The translations under genes and the position numbers were made by a program. From IMG/VR virus record IMGVR_UViG_3300030673_000009: a stretch of DNA of 64,000 nt; one strand, 5' to 3'. Under the pieces are notes generated by a model. The model saw only the letters and a program-made list of their open reading frames with translations, did no database searches and was not told the DNA's origin. Position 1 is the first letter of the stretch. Every line of letters begins with the position of its first letter. Shown piece after piece: positions 44,488 to 55,200 of this stretch. Source of the DNA: an uncultured virus (IMG/VR IMGVR_UViG_3300030673_000009). Its lineage: Duplodnaviria > Heunggongvirae > Uroviricota > Caudoviricetes.

Positions 44488-44543
44488 GACCCCTTGGGCG
44501 GGCTCTCTCCTTCGGGAGGGGGCCCGCCCCTTGGGTCCTTTTT
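44488..44543 (+). terminator. Terminator at the convergence of the two arms
   Basis: 15-bp stem with C(TTCG)G tetraloop, extended stem, T-tract. Confidence 0.85.
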
Positions 44544-44557
44544 GCGTTTCTGGGCCT

Positions 44558-44920
44558 TTACACGTGGACGTAGAGCTCCCCTGCGCTCAGTTGCCACGAC
44601 CCTCGCCCCGAGATCGGGATCGGGTCGTCCAGCTGGAAGAACACCCGCAGCTGGCCGCCGGCATGGGCGTCCCATGCACCGATCCCCATCACCGTGGTGT
44701 CCTCCAGGTTCAGCCACTCCAGCAGCTGCAGGTTCGTGATCGTGCGCGAGCCGGAGTACGTCCACGTCAGTGGGCTCCTGGCGTACGAGCCGGACGTGCA
44801 CTCGCTCGCCATCGGGTTGTCCGTCGTGGGGTACTCGAAGTGAACCGCGGCAAAGCACGGCACCTTCGCCAGCTCGTCGATCCAGATCCCCGCCTGGACG
44901 TCCCAGATCACGCTTGCCAT
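44558..44920 (-). CDS. Minor tail protein
   Basis: GGAGG RBS; SYAR, GIGAWDAHAGG; resembles 48454-48864. Confidence 0.7.
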   Translation of the reverse strand: MASVIWDVQAGIWIDELAKVPCFAAVHFEYPTTDNPMASECTSGSYARSPLTWTYSGSRTITNLQLLEWLNLEDTTVMGIGAWDAHAGGQLRVFFQLDDPIPISGRGSWQLSAGELYVHV

Positions 44921-45045
44921 GAGGCCTCCTTCGGTATCGGCCAGCCCTTGACCGCAGGCCAGCCATCCTCGGCTGGGTAGTCCTTGTAGTGGCAGGCGAG
45001 CCCGTCCTGGCACGGGCACGTCGGATCCTTGCCGATGCACGTCAT
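44908..45045 (-). CDS. Cys-rich microprotein (45 aa)
   Basis: MTCIGKDPTCPCQDGLACHY...; ATGA coupling to upstream stop. Confidence 0.55.
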   Translation of the reverse strand: MTCIGKDPTCPCQDGLACHYKDYPAEDGWPAVKGWPIPKEASWQA

Positions 45046-47255
45046 GCTGTCCCCGGCTCCTTTCGCCAGATGCGCCCGAGGAAGTACACGTCCTGCGTCA
45101 GCTGAGCGTCGCAGTAGACCATGCACCAGATGTCCGCCCGGTTCGGGTCCTGGGCGTTCTCCTGCGGGGAGCGCTGCGGGTCCACCCCGTACACCGCATC
45201 CGTCAGGTCCCAACTGAACCCCGTCTCGTCGGTGAACAGGCCCGTGGGAGTGGCGCCGGGAGTCAGCGACGTCGTCGGCCAGTAGCCGGCCTTCTCGAAG
45301 AAGTTGCCCCACCCGGCGAGCACCTGGGCGCTGGGCACCACCCGGCCGGTCTCCGGGTTGAGGGTGATGCCCTGCTCGTCGATCGACTCCCACGCCCGGC
45401 GGAAGAACGGGTAGTGCTGGCCCGCGAGGTACGGAGGGTTCGCCACCTCGTCATCCAGCCCCATCATCGGCATGCTCGAGTACGACACCCCGTTAGTCCG
45501 GTAGAACGACACATGGAACGGCACCTTCAGCACATGGCCGTCCTTGTCGAAGGCCGCGAACTGCACCAGCCGGGCCTCCCCGGCCTGGCTCATCCGCACC
45601 GGGAACGCCTTGAAGTCAGCCAGCCCCGAATGGGAGTTCGCCCAGTTCTCGTCGGCATTGCTCGAGGCCGGCGGGATGTGGATGTAGCAGTCCGTCCATG
45701 CCGGGTCGCTCGGCGGCCGACGGGTGGTCAGGTCCTCCCACGGGAAGCCCACGTTCTGCATGCCGCCGAACAGGCTGACCTCGGCGATCTGCACCTCGCC
45801 GGCGGAGAAGATTGGCACGCTCGTCTTCGGCACGAACCCCGAGCCATCCGCGTACGACCACGGGAACAGCATGTCCGGGATCGTCGGCTTGTACGCCCCC
45901 AGCGTCAGCATGCGCACCGGCGCCAGGGCATCACGGGTGCGCATCCGCACCTCGGCGACCGTCAGCTGGTCCCGGAACTTGGAGTCCACCGTCAGGCTCG
46001 TGGAGTCCGCAGTCACCGTGCAGTCGGTGATGTGGAACAGCACCCCGTCAGGGCTGCCGAACAGGCCGGTCACCTGGATGGTCATCCCCGCCCGGATCAG
46101 GCGCCGGGAGAAGTACCCGCTGCCCATCCACGGGTCGCTCTTGAGCTCGATGGTCCCTGTCACCCCGGGGTCGGCGAACCGCTGCAGGTGCTTGCGGCCG
46201 ATCACCTGCGCCTCGGCCTCGTCCAGCCCCTCGTAGAAGGCCAGGCTGACCTCCTTGCGCATGATCGACCGGTCGAACCAGTCATTCTGCTCGAGGGGGT
46301 GCACGCTGCGTCGGAAGGCCATCGGCTCGTAGTAGATGCGGGCCCCGTCCGCGCTCGAGCGCATCCCCGAGAACGTGGACCCGTTCAGGGCCTTGCCCTG
46401 CCCGAAGACGACGTTCAGGCGCTGGGAGAAGTCCTTCGTCGGGGAGACCTTGACGCCCGGCGTCAGGACGTCGACCACGAGGGTCTCGACGTCAGGAGCG
46501 GCCTTGCGGGTCCGGTGGCGCAGCACCGGCCGACGGCCCTCGTCGATGTCGATCGTCCACTGCCCGTACTCGGAGTACATGTTCGCCAGCAGGCCCTGCA
46601 CATAGCTCGTCAGCGCCTGGTCGAAGGAGCCCGTCGCCCGGGTCACCATCCCGCTCCACGGCTGCCCGTCCGTCAGGCCGATCGGTCGCAGGTACAGCGG
46701 CTTGGAGGCGTAGTCGGCGAGGTTGAAGACCGTGCTCCACCACGTCGGCCACTCGATCTGCAGCGGGGCCAGCCGCAGGTCGGGGTGGCCCTCGAACTGG
46801 CGGGCAATCGCGATCTCGTACGGGATCGGCTGGTAGACGTACTCCGGCTTCGCCAGGTAGTTGTCCACCTGCCGGCCAGCACCCAGGCAGGAGACCGTCA
46901 GGGAGGATCCGGCGTCGGTGGGGGCGAAGGCGAACGACACCATGTAGCCCTCCCACCGGTAGGCCACGTCATCGCTGGCCGCCGGGATGAACACGACGTC
47001 GACATCCGCCTCGGGCAGCAGCCACCACAGGTCGTTCGCGCCGATCGCGTCCAGCATCGTCACGCTCGGGAACACCAGGTCCATCGCCGCGGGCCCGAAC
47101 GGGTCCTGCGTCTGCATGGAGCCGACCTGCGTCGGCGCATCCCGCACGAACGTCGCATTGAACGCAGCCTGCGGGGAGTTCGCCCCGTAGGGGTAGACCC
47201 ACACCTCGTACGAGCCGACCGGGGAGTTGTCGATGAGCTCGGGAACCGGGATCAC
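45042..47255 (-). CDS. Tail tip/baseplate hub protein
   Basis: 737 aa, downstream of tape measure and distal tail genes; WEG, IRAGMTIQV...I. Confidence 0.75.
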   Translation of the reverse strand: MIPVPELIDNSPVGSYEVWVYPYGANSPQAAFNATFVRDAPTQVGSMQTQDPFGPAAMDLVFPSVTMLDAIGANDLWWLLPEADVDVVFIPAASDDVAYRWEGYMVSFAFAPTDAGSSLTVSCLGAGRQVDNYLAKPEYVYQPIPYEIAIARQFEGHPDLRLAPLQIEWPTWWSTVFNLADYASKPLYLRPIGLTDGQPWSGMVTRATGSFDQALTSYVQGLLANMYSEYGQWTIDIDEGRRPVLRHRTRKAAPDVETLVVDVLTPGVKVSPTKDFSQRLNVVFGQGKALNGSTFSGMRSSADGARIYYEPMAFRRSVHPLEQNDWFDRSIMRKEVSLAFYEGLDEAEAQVIGRKHLQRFADPGVTGTIELKSDPWMGSGYFSRRLIRAGMTIQVTGLFGSPDGVLFHITDCTVTADSTSLTVDSKFRDQLTVAEVRMRTRDALAPVRMLTLGAYKPTIPDMLFPWSYADGSGFVPKTSVPIFSAGEVQIAEVSLFGGMQNVGFPWEDLTTRRPPSDPAWTDCYIHIPPASSNADENWANSHSGLADFKAFPVRMSQAGEARLVQFAAFDKDGHVLKVPFHVSFYRTNGVSYSSMPMMGLDDEVANPPYLAGQHYPFFRRAWESIDEQGITLNPETGRVVPSAQVLAGWGNFFEKAGYWPTTSLTPGATPTGLFTDETGFSWDLTDAVYGVDPQRSPQENAQDPNRADIWCMVYCDAQLTQDVYFLGRIWRKEPGTA

Positions 47256-48391
47256 GATGCGCTCACCCCGTACATCCGGTCGTAGGCCGCCAGCAGCTTG
47301 TTGATCTGGCCCGGCCCGTACTGCTGGTCGGAGTAGCCGACCTCGAGCACGTCCATGACCGCGTTCGCCTGCTGCCCCAGCGGGGAACGGCCCAGGAACA
47401 GCCTGCTCACCGGGTCGATGCGCTGCGGCAGGTTCACCGTCACCACCTGCACCCCGGTGTCCACGCTCATCAGCGTGCAGGTGTTGTTCACCATGTCCAG
47501 GTTGAACCCCACGATCACCGGCTGCGCCGGCCGGGCGAAGCCCGTCGCCAGGTCCATCGTCGCCAGCACCTGGTCACTCCACAGGGCCAGCGTGCCGGAC
47601 CGGGAGTACCGCAGGCTGAAGGAGTAGTCCAGCACGCTGGTCAGCGGGTGCGCGGTCTCCAGGATCGAGTACCACTCCCCCTTCGGCTGCCGCAGCACCG
47701 CGGCGACCACCACTGTCACCTCTGGGGAGGCCCACGGGATGTCATCGGTCCAGAAGTACTGGCCGCCGTCCATGCTGATCGAGCCGTTGCGGATCATGCT
47801 CCCGGCCCGCCAGTAGTCGAACCTCGGCCGGAACGCCGGCGCCGCACCCGTCGTGGAGTGGAAGGCGAAGTCGCTCCTCGAGCGGATGATCAGCGTCCCG
47901 TCCACCAGCAGGTCCCGCACCCGGTAGATGCCGACCTCCCCCACGTTGAACGCCCGCAGCTGGTCCACGGTGTACCCGTCCGAGGGGGCTGTGAGGTACT
48001 CGCTCCACGGGGACCACAGCGTCACCGACGGGTTGAACGTCGCCTCGATCGGCAGCCACCTCGCCGTGACCTCCAGAGCCACGTTGCGGGGCTCTGGGAA
48101 CGGCTCCAGCTCACCAGGCGTTCCCACGCCCACAGAGGGCGCAGCGACCGCCCAGAGGCCATTCCGGGCTACTGGGCGGCCCTTGACCACCAGGTAGTCC
48201 GGCACGTCGAAGCCTGAGGCCCGCACCGGCACCGTGCGGCGGTCACGAGTCAGGGGAGGATCCACCGTCATCGCCATGTCGGCCCCCGACACGGCCTCCG
48301 CGCCGTCGGTCAGCACGAACGTCGTCGGCACGGCCGTGGAGATCAGGTCACCGACGCTGACCAGTCCGACCATCTCCACCGTCAGGGCCAT
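47252..48391 (-). CDS. Minor tail protein with ConA/LamG-like C-terminal domain
   Basis: ORF open from 48583 but overlaps the upstream gene; ATG at 48391 chosen, start uncertain. Confidence 0.65.
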   Translation of the reverse strand: MALTVEMVGLVSVGDLISTAVPTTFVLTDGAEAVSGADMAMTVDPPLTRDRRTVPVRASGFDVPDYLVVKGRPVARNGLWAVAAPSVGVGTPGELEPFPEPRNVALEVTARWLPIEATFNPSVTLWSPWSEYLTAPSDGYTVDQLRAFNVGEVGIYRVRDLLVDGTLIIRSRSDFAFHSTTGAAPAFRPRFDYWRAGSMIRNGSISMDGGQYFWTDDIPWASPEVTVVVAAVLRQPKGEWYSILETAHPLTSVLDYSFSLRYSRSGTLALWSDQVLATMDLATGFARPAQPVIVGFNLDMVNNTCTLMSVDTGVQVVTVNLPQRIDPVSRLFLGRSPLGQQANAVMDVLEVGYSDQQYGPGQINKLLAAYDRMYGVSAS

Positions 48392-48453
48392 CAGCTCGGA
48401 CACGTCGAACGGGGCAGCCGTCCCCAGCAGCGTCTCCAGCAGCTCCCATGCGG

Positions 48454-48864
48454 CTAGAGAAGTGACACCCGCAGCGAGCCCGGAGGCACCTTGAGGCGTT
48501 GACCAGCCACTATCGCCATAGACCGACGCAGACGCCCGAACGCCAGCACCATTCCCGACGTCGACTCCGTACACAGCGCCCATCCGATCACCTGTCCCCA
48601 GTTGTCAGTAGGGATCACCCAGCTGATCTGCTGCGTGTTGGCCACCTGACCCGGACTCATCATCGTCCAGAAGTAGGTCCCCAGCCCGTAAGGAACGCGC
48701 TCGAACGAGGACGCCGTGGGCTCCAGGATGCTCGAGCCGGTGTCCGTGTCCACCGGCACCGCCAGCGTCAGCGCCATGTACGCCCCGCCCAGTACCGCGG
48801 CCGCCTCCGGGCGGAAGACGCTGTTCACCATGACCGTGCGCCCGTACGTGCTCAGCTGCCCCAT
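48454..48864 (-). CDS. Minor tail protein
   Basis: YMAL, EPT..SFERV, NWGQVIGWAL..TSG. Confidence 0.75.
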   Translation of the reverse strand: MGQLSTYGRTVMVNSVFRPEAAAVLGGAYMALTLAVPVDTDTGSSILEPTASSFERVPYGLGTYFWTMMSPGQVANTQQISWVIPTDNWGQVIGWALCTESTSGMVLAFGRLRRSMAIVAGQRLKVPPGSLRVSLL

Positions 48865-49290
48865 TCAGACCACCTCGAGGGTGTAGACCGGATGCCGCGG
48901 CACCGTGAACGTCACCTGGGCGATCCCTGCATGACGCAGCTCGCGGGAGGCCTGCACCTGGCAGTCCGCCACCTGGCAGTGGTACGTGTACATCTCCGAG
49001 TCGTAGGTGACCTCGATCAGGTACGACAGCTGGCTGAATGCCGCCTTCAGGACCTCTACCGCCTGCAGCGTGCTCGTCGTGCCATCGCCCTTCGCCCAGA
49101 TGCTCAGGGTCTCCTGCACGTTGTCCCGCAGGGCATTGACCGTCCACGAGCCCTCCACGAACGGATTCGTCACCTCATCGCGGCGCCAGCTCGTCGAGGA
49201 GTCCGCGAACGAGTCGGCGTGCAGCCGGTACAGGCCCGAGTTCAGCTCCAGCCAGTCATCGGCCGTGGAGATGCGTGCGCTGATGATCAT
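48865..49290 (-). CDS. Distal tail (Dit-like) protein
   Basis: First gene after the tape measure; 141 aa beta-rich. Confidence 0.65.
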   Translation of the reverse strand: MIISARISTADDWLELNSGLYRLHADSFADSSTSWRRDEVTNPFVEGSWTVNALRDNVQETLSIWAKGDGTTSTLQAVEVLKAAFSQLSYLIEVTYDSEMYTYHCQVADCQVQASRELRHAGIAQVTFTVPRHPVYTLEVV

Positions 49291-52200
49291 CGAGCCCCCA
49301 CCGTGCTCACGAGGTTCTGCCGGCGCCTCTTGGCCTCCAGCTTCGCGTTCATCTCATCCGGGTCCTGCGCCTGCACCGTGATCGGACCGGTGTACTGGGT
49401 GCGCTGGTCATAGGACACGTTGTTGTACGTGATCGGCGTGGAGTACTGGTTCGACTGCGAGGCCTTCACGTCGTAGGCGTTCGCGTACCGGGCCATCACC
49501 GAGGCCATGTACGACGCTCCGCGCTCGTTCAGCGGGATGACCGCCTCCGGGTAGCCGGCCTCGGCGATCGTTGCTGTCTCCTGGCGCATCGAGATGCCGC
49601 CCAGGGCCTTCTTCGCCCACGGGTTGGGGATGTTCGGAACGATGTCGCCGGTGCTGAAGTGCTGGCCGCCGATCTTCGTGCCATCCCATCCGAAGCCGGC
49701 GAAGTCCAGCGTCTTGCCCAGCCCCAGCGGGATGGAGAACTTGGCGATGTTGAAGCCGGGGATATTGATCTCCGGCAGGGTGAAGTCGATCTTCCACTCG
49801 ATCTTGTTCCACGCGTCGATCATCGCGCCCAGCACGTTCTTGATGCCGTCCTCGATGGCGCTGAAGGCCGTCGTGAAGAACGACGCATCCGGCAGCCAGT
49901 CGTCCTTGATGGTGTTCGGAAGGCTCTTCAACCAGGAGGACAGGCCGTTCTTGCCCGTGAAGATGTCCACCACCGCAGTCTTGATGTCATCGAGCGACGG
50001 CAGGTTAGCCGTGAGGTTGTCCCACGCCGTCGACACCCAGCCCGATACGGAGTCCACGCCGCCCTTGACGAGGTCCTGCAGCCACTGCTTCGCGGTGGTG
50101 AACGCACCAGTCACGGATGTCCACACCTCGCCGGCCGTCGGCATCCCGTCCATGATGTTGGTCCATGCCGTCGAGATCCACGTGGTGATCTTCCCGCCGA
50201 GGCCCGACATGAAGGTCACGGCCTCGCCGAAGGCCGTAGTGATCTTCCCCATGATGTCGAGGTTGGCAATCGGGGCCGTCAGGTTGCTCCAGCCCGTGGA
50301 CACCAGCCCGGCGATCGTCGTGCCCAGGTCGCCCAGGAACTTGCCGGTGGCCGCCCACGCTCCAGTGACCTTGCCGATGATGTCCAGGTCCTTGATCGGG
50401 GCCGTCACGAAATCCCACGCCGCCTGGGCGGCAGCTGCGATGCCCTGCCCGAGGCCCTCCATGATGTTCCTGCCGATCTCCGCGAACACCGTCGACGGGG
50501 ACTGAATGCCCAGCATGCCCTTCACCGCGCCGACAAGGCCCTCGAACGACTTCACGAAGAGGTTGTCCGAGGCTGCCTCGGTAAACCCCTTCACCAGCCC
50601 GTTCCACATGTTCTTGCCCATCTCCACGAACGCCGACACCGGGTCGCCCGGGATCTCCATCGGCGGGAGCGGCTTCGCCTGGGCAGCCTGGGCATAGGAG
50701 TCCGTGTACGACCCCGGCTCCGACTGGGCGTCAGGCATCCGCTGCGGCGGCAGGTAGCCCTGCGAGTAGAAGACAGGATCCTGCGGGGAGATACCGCCTT
50801 TGGACAGCTTCTTCGTCAGCTCGTCCTGCTGGATGATCATCTTCGCCCAGCGGTCCAGCTGCTTCTGCGCCTCGCCCTGCGGGCCGCCCAGGGCAGCGAA
50901 CATCGCCTCCGTGCGCTGGGCCAGCTGCAGCTCGGAGTTGCCCGCCGTCTCCAGCAGTCCGTTGAACGACTCCTTCATCGCCGCGATCGAGGCACCCAGC
51001 TGGGCGCCGACGTCGCTGATCGCGTTCGCCGTCTGGATCTTCATCCGCTTCACGCTGGTCGCCAGGTCCTCGTCCGAGCGGGCCAGCGACAGCTTCAGTG
51101 CCTTCTCCATGACGCTGATCGAGTGGTTGAGGTCCTGGTCGGCGAACAGCAGCTGCTGCTGGAAGCCCTCCTGCGCCCGGATCCTGGCCTGCGCGTACTG
51201 GAAGTCCATGTCGGACATCGCCACGTCGAAGTTGCGGCGGGCGTCGTCGACGCCGTTCTGGAACGACTCCTTCATGTCCGCCATCGAGTTCGCGAAGTTG
51301 ACGGCGTTGTCGGCCATCGACTTGTTGAAGTCGTCCGTCGAGCGCTGCACGCTGATGTTGAAGTCCTGCTCCATGCGGGCCGTCGACGTGGAGAAGTCCA
51401 CCTGCGCGTCGGCCATCTGCCGGGCGAACGCCTCATTGGCACGCGTCGTCGCCGTCGTGAAGTCCTCCGCCATGCGGGTCTGCGCCGTGGCGTAGTCCTC
51501 CGCAGCACGGGCGTACGCGGTGTTCCCCTGGTCAGTGACCAGGCCGGTGGCCGCGGTGTTCTTCGCCGTGACCTGCTGGTTCAACTGGCCGGCGAACGCA
51601 CCATTGCCCTGCATGTCGCCCACGAGGCGGGCCAGCTGCTGGGCGTTCGAGGAGTCCGCGAGGTTCAGCGCCTTGATGGCCTCCTCGCTCAGGCCCATCG
51701 CCCTGACCTTCGCCAGGTTGTCCACCTGCCCCTGGATCGCCTTCGTCTGGTCCTTCAGGTTCGTGACCAGCTGGCCGGCGTCCATGACCATCTGCGCGGC
51801 AATGCGCTTGTACGGGTCGTACATCTGCTTGGCCGAATCCTCGACCATGCGCTTGATCTGCTTGTCGTAGTCCTGCTGGGCACGCAGCCGGGCCTTGTTG
51901 TAGTCCTCGGCCGCCTGAGCTTGCTGGATGCCGAAGTCACGGGTCGCCCGGAACATCGACTTGTTGAAGTCCTCGTTCGCCCGGGCCTTCTGCCGGTCGT
52001 AGTCCTCCTGCGCACGGGCCTGGGAGATGTTGAAGTCGCGGTGCGCCCGGGCGATGCCCAGGTCGTTGTCACGGTTCGCCCGCCGCACGCTGATGTTGAA
52101 GTCGCGCTCGGCACGCGCCATCTGGGTGTCGTAGTCGCGCCTGGCCGTGAACTTCGAGCGGGCGAAGTCCTCCGCCGCGTAGCGCTCGGAGCGGTTGAAC

Positions 52201-55200
52201 TCCATGGTCATCCGCTGCTCTTGGCGATGGTGCTGGAACTCCATCTCCTTCAGCTGGATGTTGTAGTCCTGCCGGGCACGCTTGTCCTGCTTGCGGTGGT
52301 CCTCCTCCGCCCACAGCACCTTCAGGGCGCCGTCACGGGCGATCGCACCCATCTGGATGCCGGCAGACCTCGAGGCCTGCATGATGCCGGCGTTCATCTG
52401 CCCGTACGCCAGCAGCACGCCCTTGGCGTCCCCGGCCATCTGCGCCTGAGCGCTCTGGCCCATCGAGATGCTCATCGAGTTGGACGCCGACATCTGCGGG
52501 GAGATGTTCGCCTGCTGGGACTGCGCCTGGAAGCCCGCAGCGATCTGCTGGTTCGCCATCCCTCGAGGGCCAAGGATCGCCGACTGCATCGCCCCGGCAC
52601 CGGTCTGCAGCTGCGTGATCGCCGCCTGCAGGCCCGTGGTCAGCTCCGGCATGTTGGACGGGGCGTTGGCGAGGTTGCCCTGCAGGAGGGCGTTCGCCTT
52701 CGTGGTGTTGCCCTGCACCGAAGCCAGCACCTTGTCCAGGATCGCCGACCCGGCCGCATACTCCGTCTTCGGAGTGTCCTGCTTGGCCAGATCAGCCAGC
52801 GCTCGGGGAACACCGCGCATCCCCGCCCGGATGTCACCAGGCAGGCTCTTGAGCTCCGTGCCCGCCTTGGAGGCCGCGTCCGAGGCCGTGTACAGCGAGG
52901 AGCTGAACGAGTCCGACACCCCGATGCCGTGCTCCCATGACTTCGCCAGCTCCTTGGACTGCTTGACCGCCTCGGTGTCACCTGCCGCCCACGAGTAGTC
53001 GCTGGTCATGCCCTGCTTCTGGGCCTCGAGGTAGACCCTCGCTGCGTCGTTGCCGCTCTTGGCGAGCGTCTTCATGAAGTCCTGCCACGACGTGCCGTTC
53101 ATCCACGCCGTGTCGCCGGCATTGACGTTCCAGTCCTGGCGCAGGCCCGAGGTCTTCTGCTGCTCCTCCGTCACCCCCAGGATGTTCGACAGCACTCCGG
53201 ACTTCGTCTGCATCTCACCGGTCAGCAGGCCGTTGTTGCGGGCCTTCGCATCCGCGGACATCGCCTCGTAGATCTTCTGCGCCTGCTTGACCGACTCGAT
53301 CTGCTGGGCGCTGATCGTCAGCCCGCCGGACTCCTTCGTCCCGCCATAGGCAAGGCCCACCTCCGTGGCCCGCTGCTGCGCGGAGTTCTGCAGCAAGGTC
53401 CCCAGTTGCGTCTGGTCGGCGTTCGCCCCGACGATCGAGCCAATCGACTTCTTGCCCCCGATGTCCTGCACCATCGTGGAGATGTCCTGCGTGTTCTTCT
53501 TCGCGTCCACGTAGTACGGGGTGACCTCCTTGGCCACCTCCCGGCCAGCCGCCGACCCCCACTGGTTCGACACGTCCATCAGGGCCCGGGCCACGTCCTC
53601 CGGGGCGGCCTGAGGGCCTAGGGTGGCCGTCAGCTGGGCAGCGATCGACTTCGGGTCGCTGAGGCCCTCCATCGAGGTGAACGCCCGCTTGTAGCCTGCG
53701 TTCTGCGACGCCGACGCCTCTGCCCCGGACACAGTCAGCGCCTTGTCCATCGAGTTGTTGCCGGCGATCATCTTGCTCGTGGTCTCCTGCACCACCTGCT
53801 GGAACGACACCAGCCCGTGCCCAGCCTTGCCGGTGGCCTCCGCGAACGAGTTCATCGAAGCGTAGATGTCCCCGGAGGTGTCCCGCATCCCCTGCAGGTT
53901 CGTCTGGCCCTGGTCGGCCTGCCCGTAGGCCCACGTGCCTGCAGCGATGCCCGCGCCGACAGCCAGCATGGGGCCGCCGATGGCGCTGAGGCCAGCACCG
54001 ATCTTGCCCGCAGCTTTCAGCGCCGTTCCGCCGGCGAACCGCCCGGCATCAGTGGTGATCGCCCTGCCGGTCTCCAGCAGGTTCTTGCCGGTGTCCTTCC
54101 ACCCCGGAGGATTGACCAGGCCGGCCATGTACGCCTTGCGGGCAGCGTTCAGGTCCTCCCGAGGGATCTCGTTCGCCTTGAAGGCCTTGCGGGCCTCGAT
54201 GTACGCCTCACCGGACGGGGTATGCCACTGGGGCTCGTCCAGCCCCATCCGCAGCACGTTGCCGTAGTAGCCGCGGGCGAACCGGTTCGTCGCATCCCCG
54301 GCCATCCGCACGCCGCGGCTGAAGACCTTCCCCGACGTGCTCAGCGCATCACGGCCCGAGCCCATGCCGCCAGCCATCATGGCGCTCTGCATGCCCATGC
54401 CGGCACGCTCAGCACGAGTGGCTGGAACGCCCTCCTCCGCACCCACCCCGTACGAGGCCAGCGCCGCACCCTGCCGGAAGTTCTTCAGCTGCTGGGAGTT
54501 GCGCAGGGCGTTCACGCCGCCCTTGACCATCGCCGCCACCATCAGGCCCTGCATCGCCGTGGAGATGCCACCCCACGCAGCCCCGCCGATCGCCCCGACT
54601 GTGCCCGCCTTCTGGTAGGCATCCGAGCCGGTCGCGCCCTCCATCAGGCCGGCGACCTTCGTGGCGATCTTCAGCTGCAGGCCCATCACGCCCATCAGCG
54701 GCTTGCCGATGTTGGAGATGGTCTGGCCCATCGTCTCCTTCAGCATCGACGCCTGGTCCAGTACGCCGCCCATCGCCGCCCCAGCAGCCTCCTTGGTGCT
54801 GCCACTGCCGTAGGCGCCCACGCTCGTGTCGATCGCCCCACGCACCCCGCCAGGAGTGCGGGCCAGCGCCTGCAGCGATCGGGTGTCACGCACCGAGTCG
54901 AAGCCCAGGTTCTCCAGCAGCCGCTGCGAGCCCTGCCCGGCCTTGCTCAGCGACTCCGTGAACTGGTTGAGGACCTCCGTCGGGTTCGACTTGAACATGT
55001 CCCGCAGCTTGTCGCTGGTCGTGCCCATGATGTCCGCGTACGCCTTCAGCTCCGGGCCGCCGTCACGGATGGACCGATTCATGTCCAGCAGGACCTTGTT
55101 GAAGACGTTGGCGCTGCGCACCCCGTCCTCGCCCAGCGAGCTCATCGCCGCCGAGAGGCCCATCACCGAGGTCTGGCCGATGCCCACCGTCGCCGCGATC

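Noticed and set aside
48392..48583. Long N-terminal extension of ORF 47252-48583
   Set aside because: Would overlap the upstream tail gene by about 130 bp; a later start is more likely
49659..52940. 1093-aa plus-strand ORF and other long antisense ORFs (e.g. 11163-13505, 45414-47285, 53817-55916)
   Set aside because: Shadows of real minus-strand genes in high-GC DNA; no recognisable motifs or RBS
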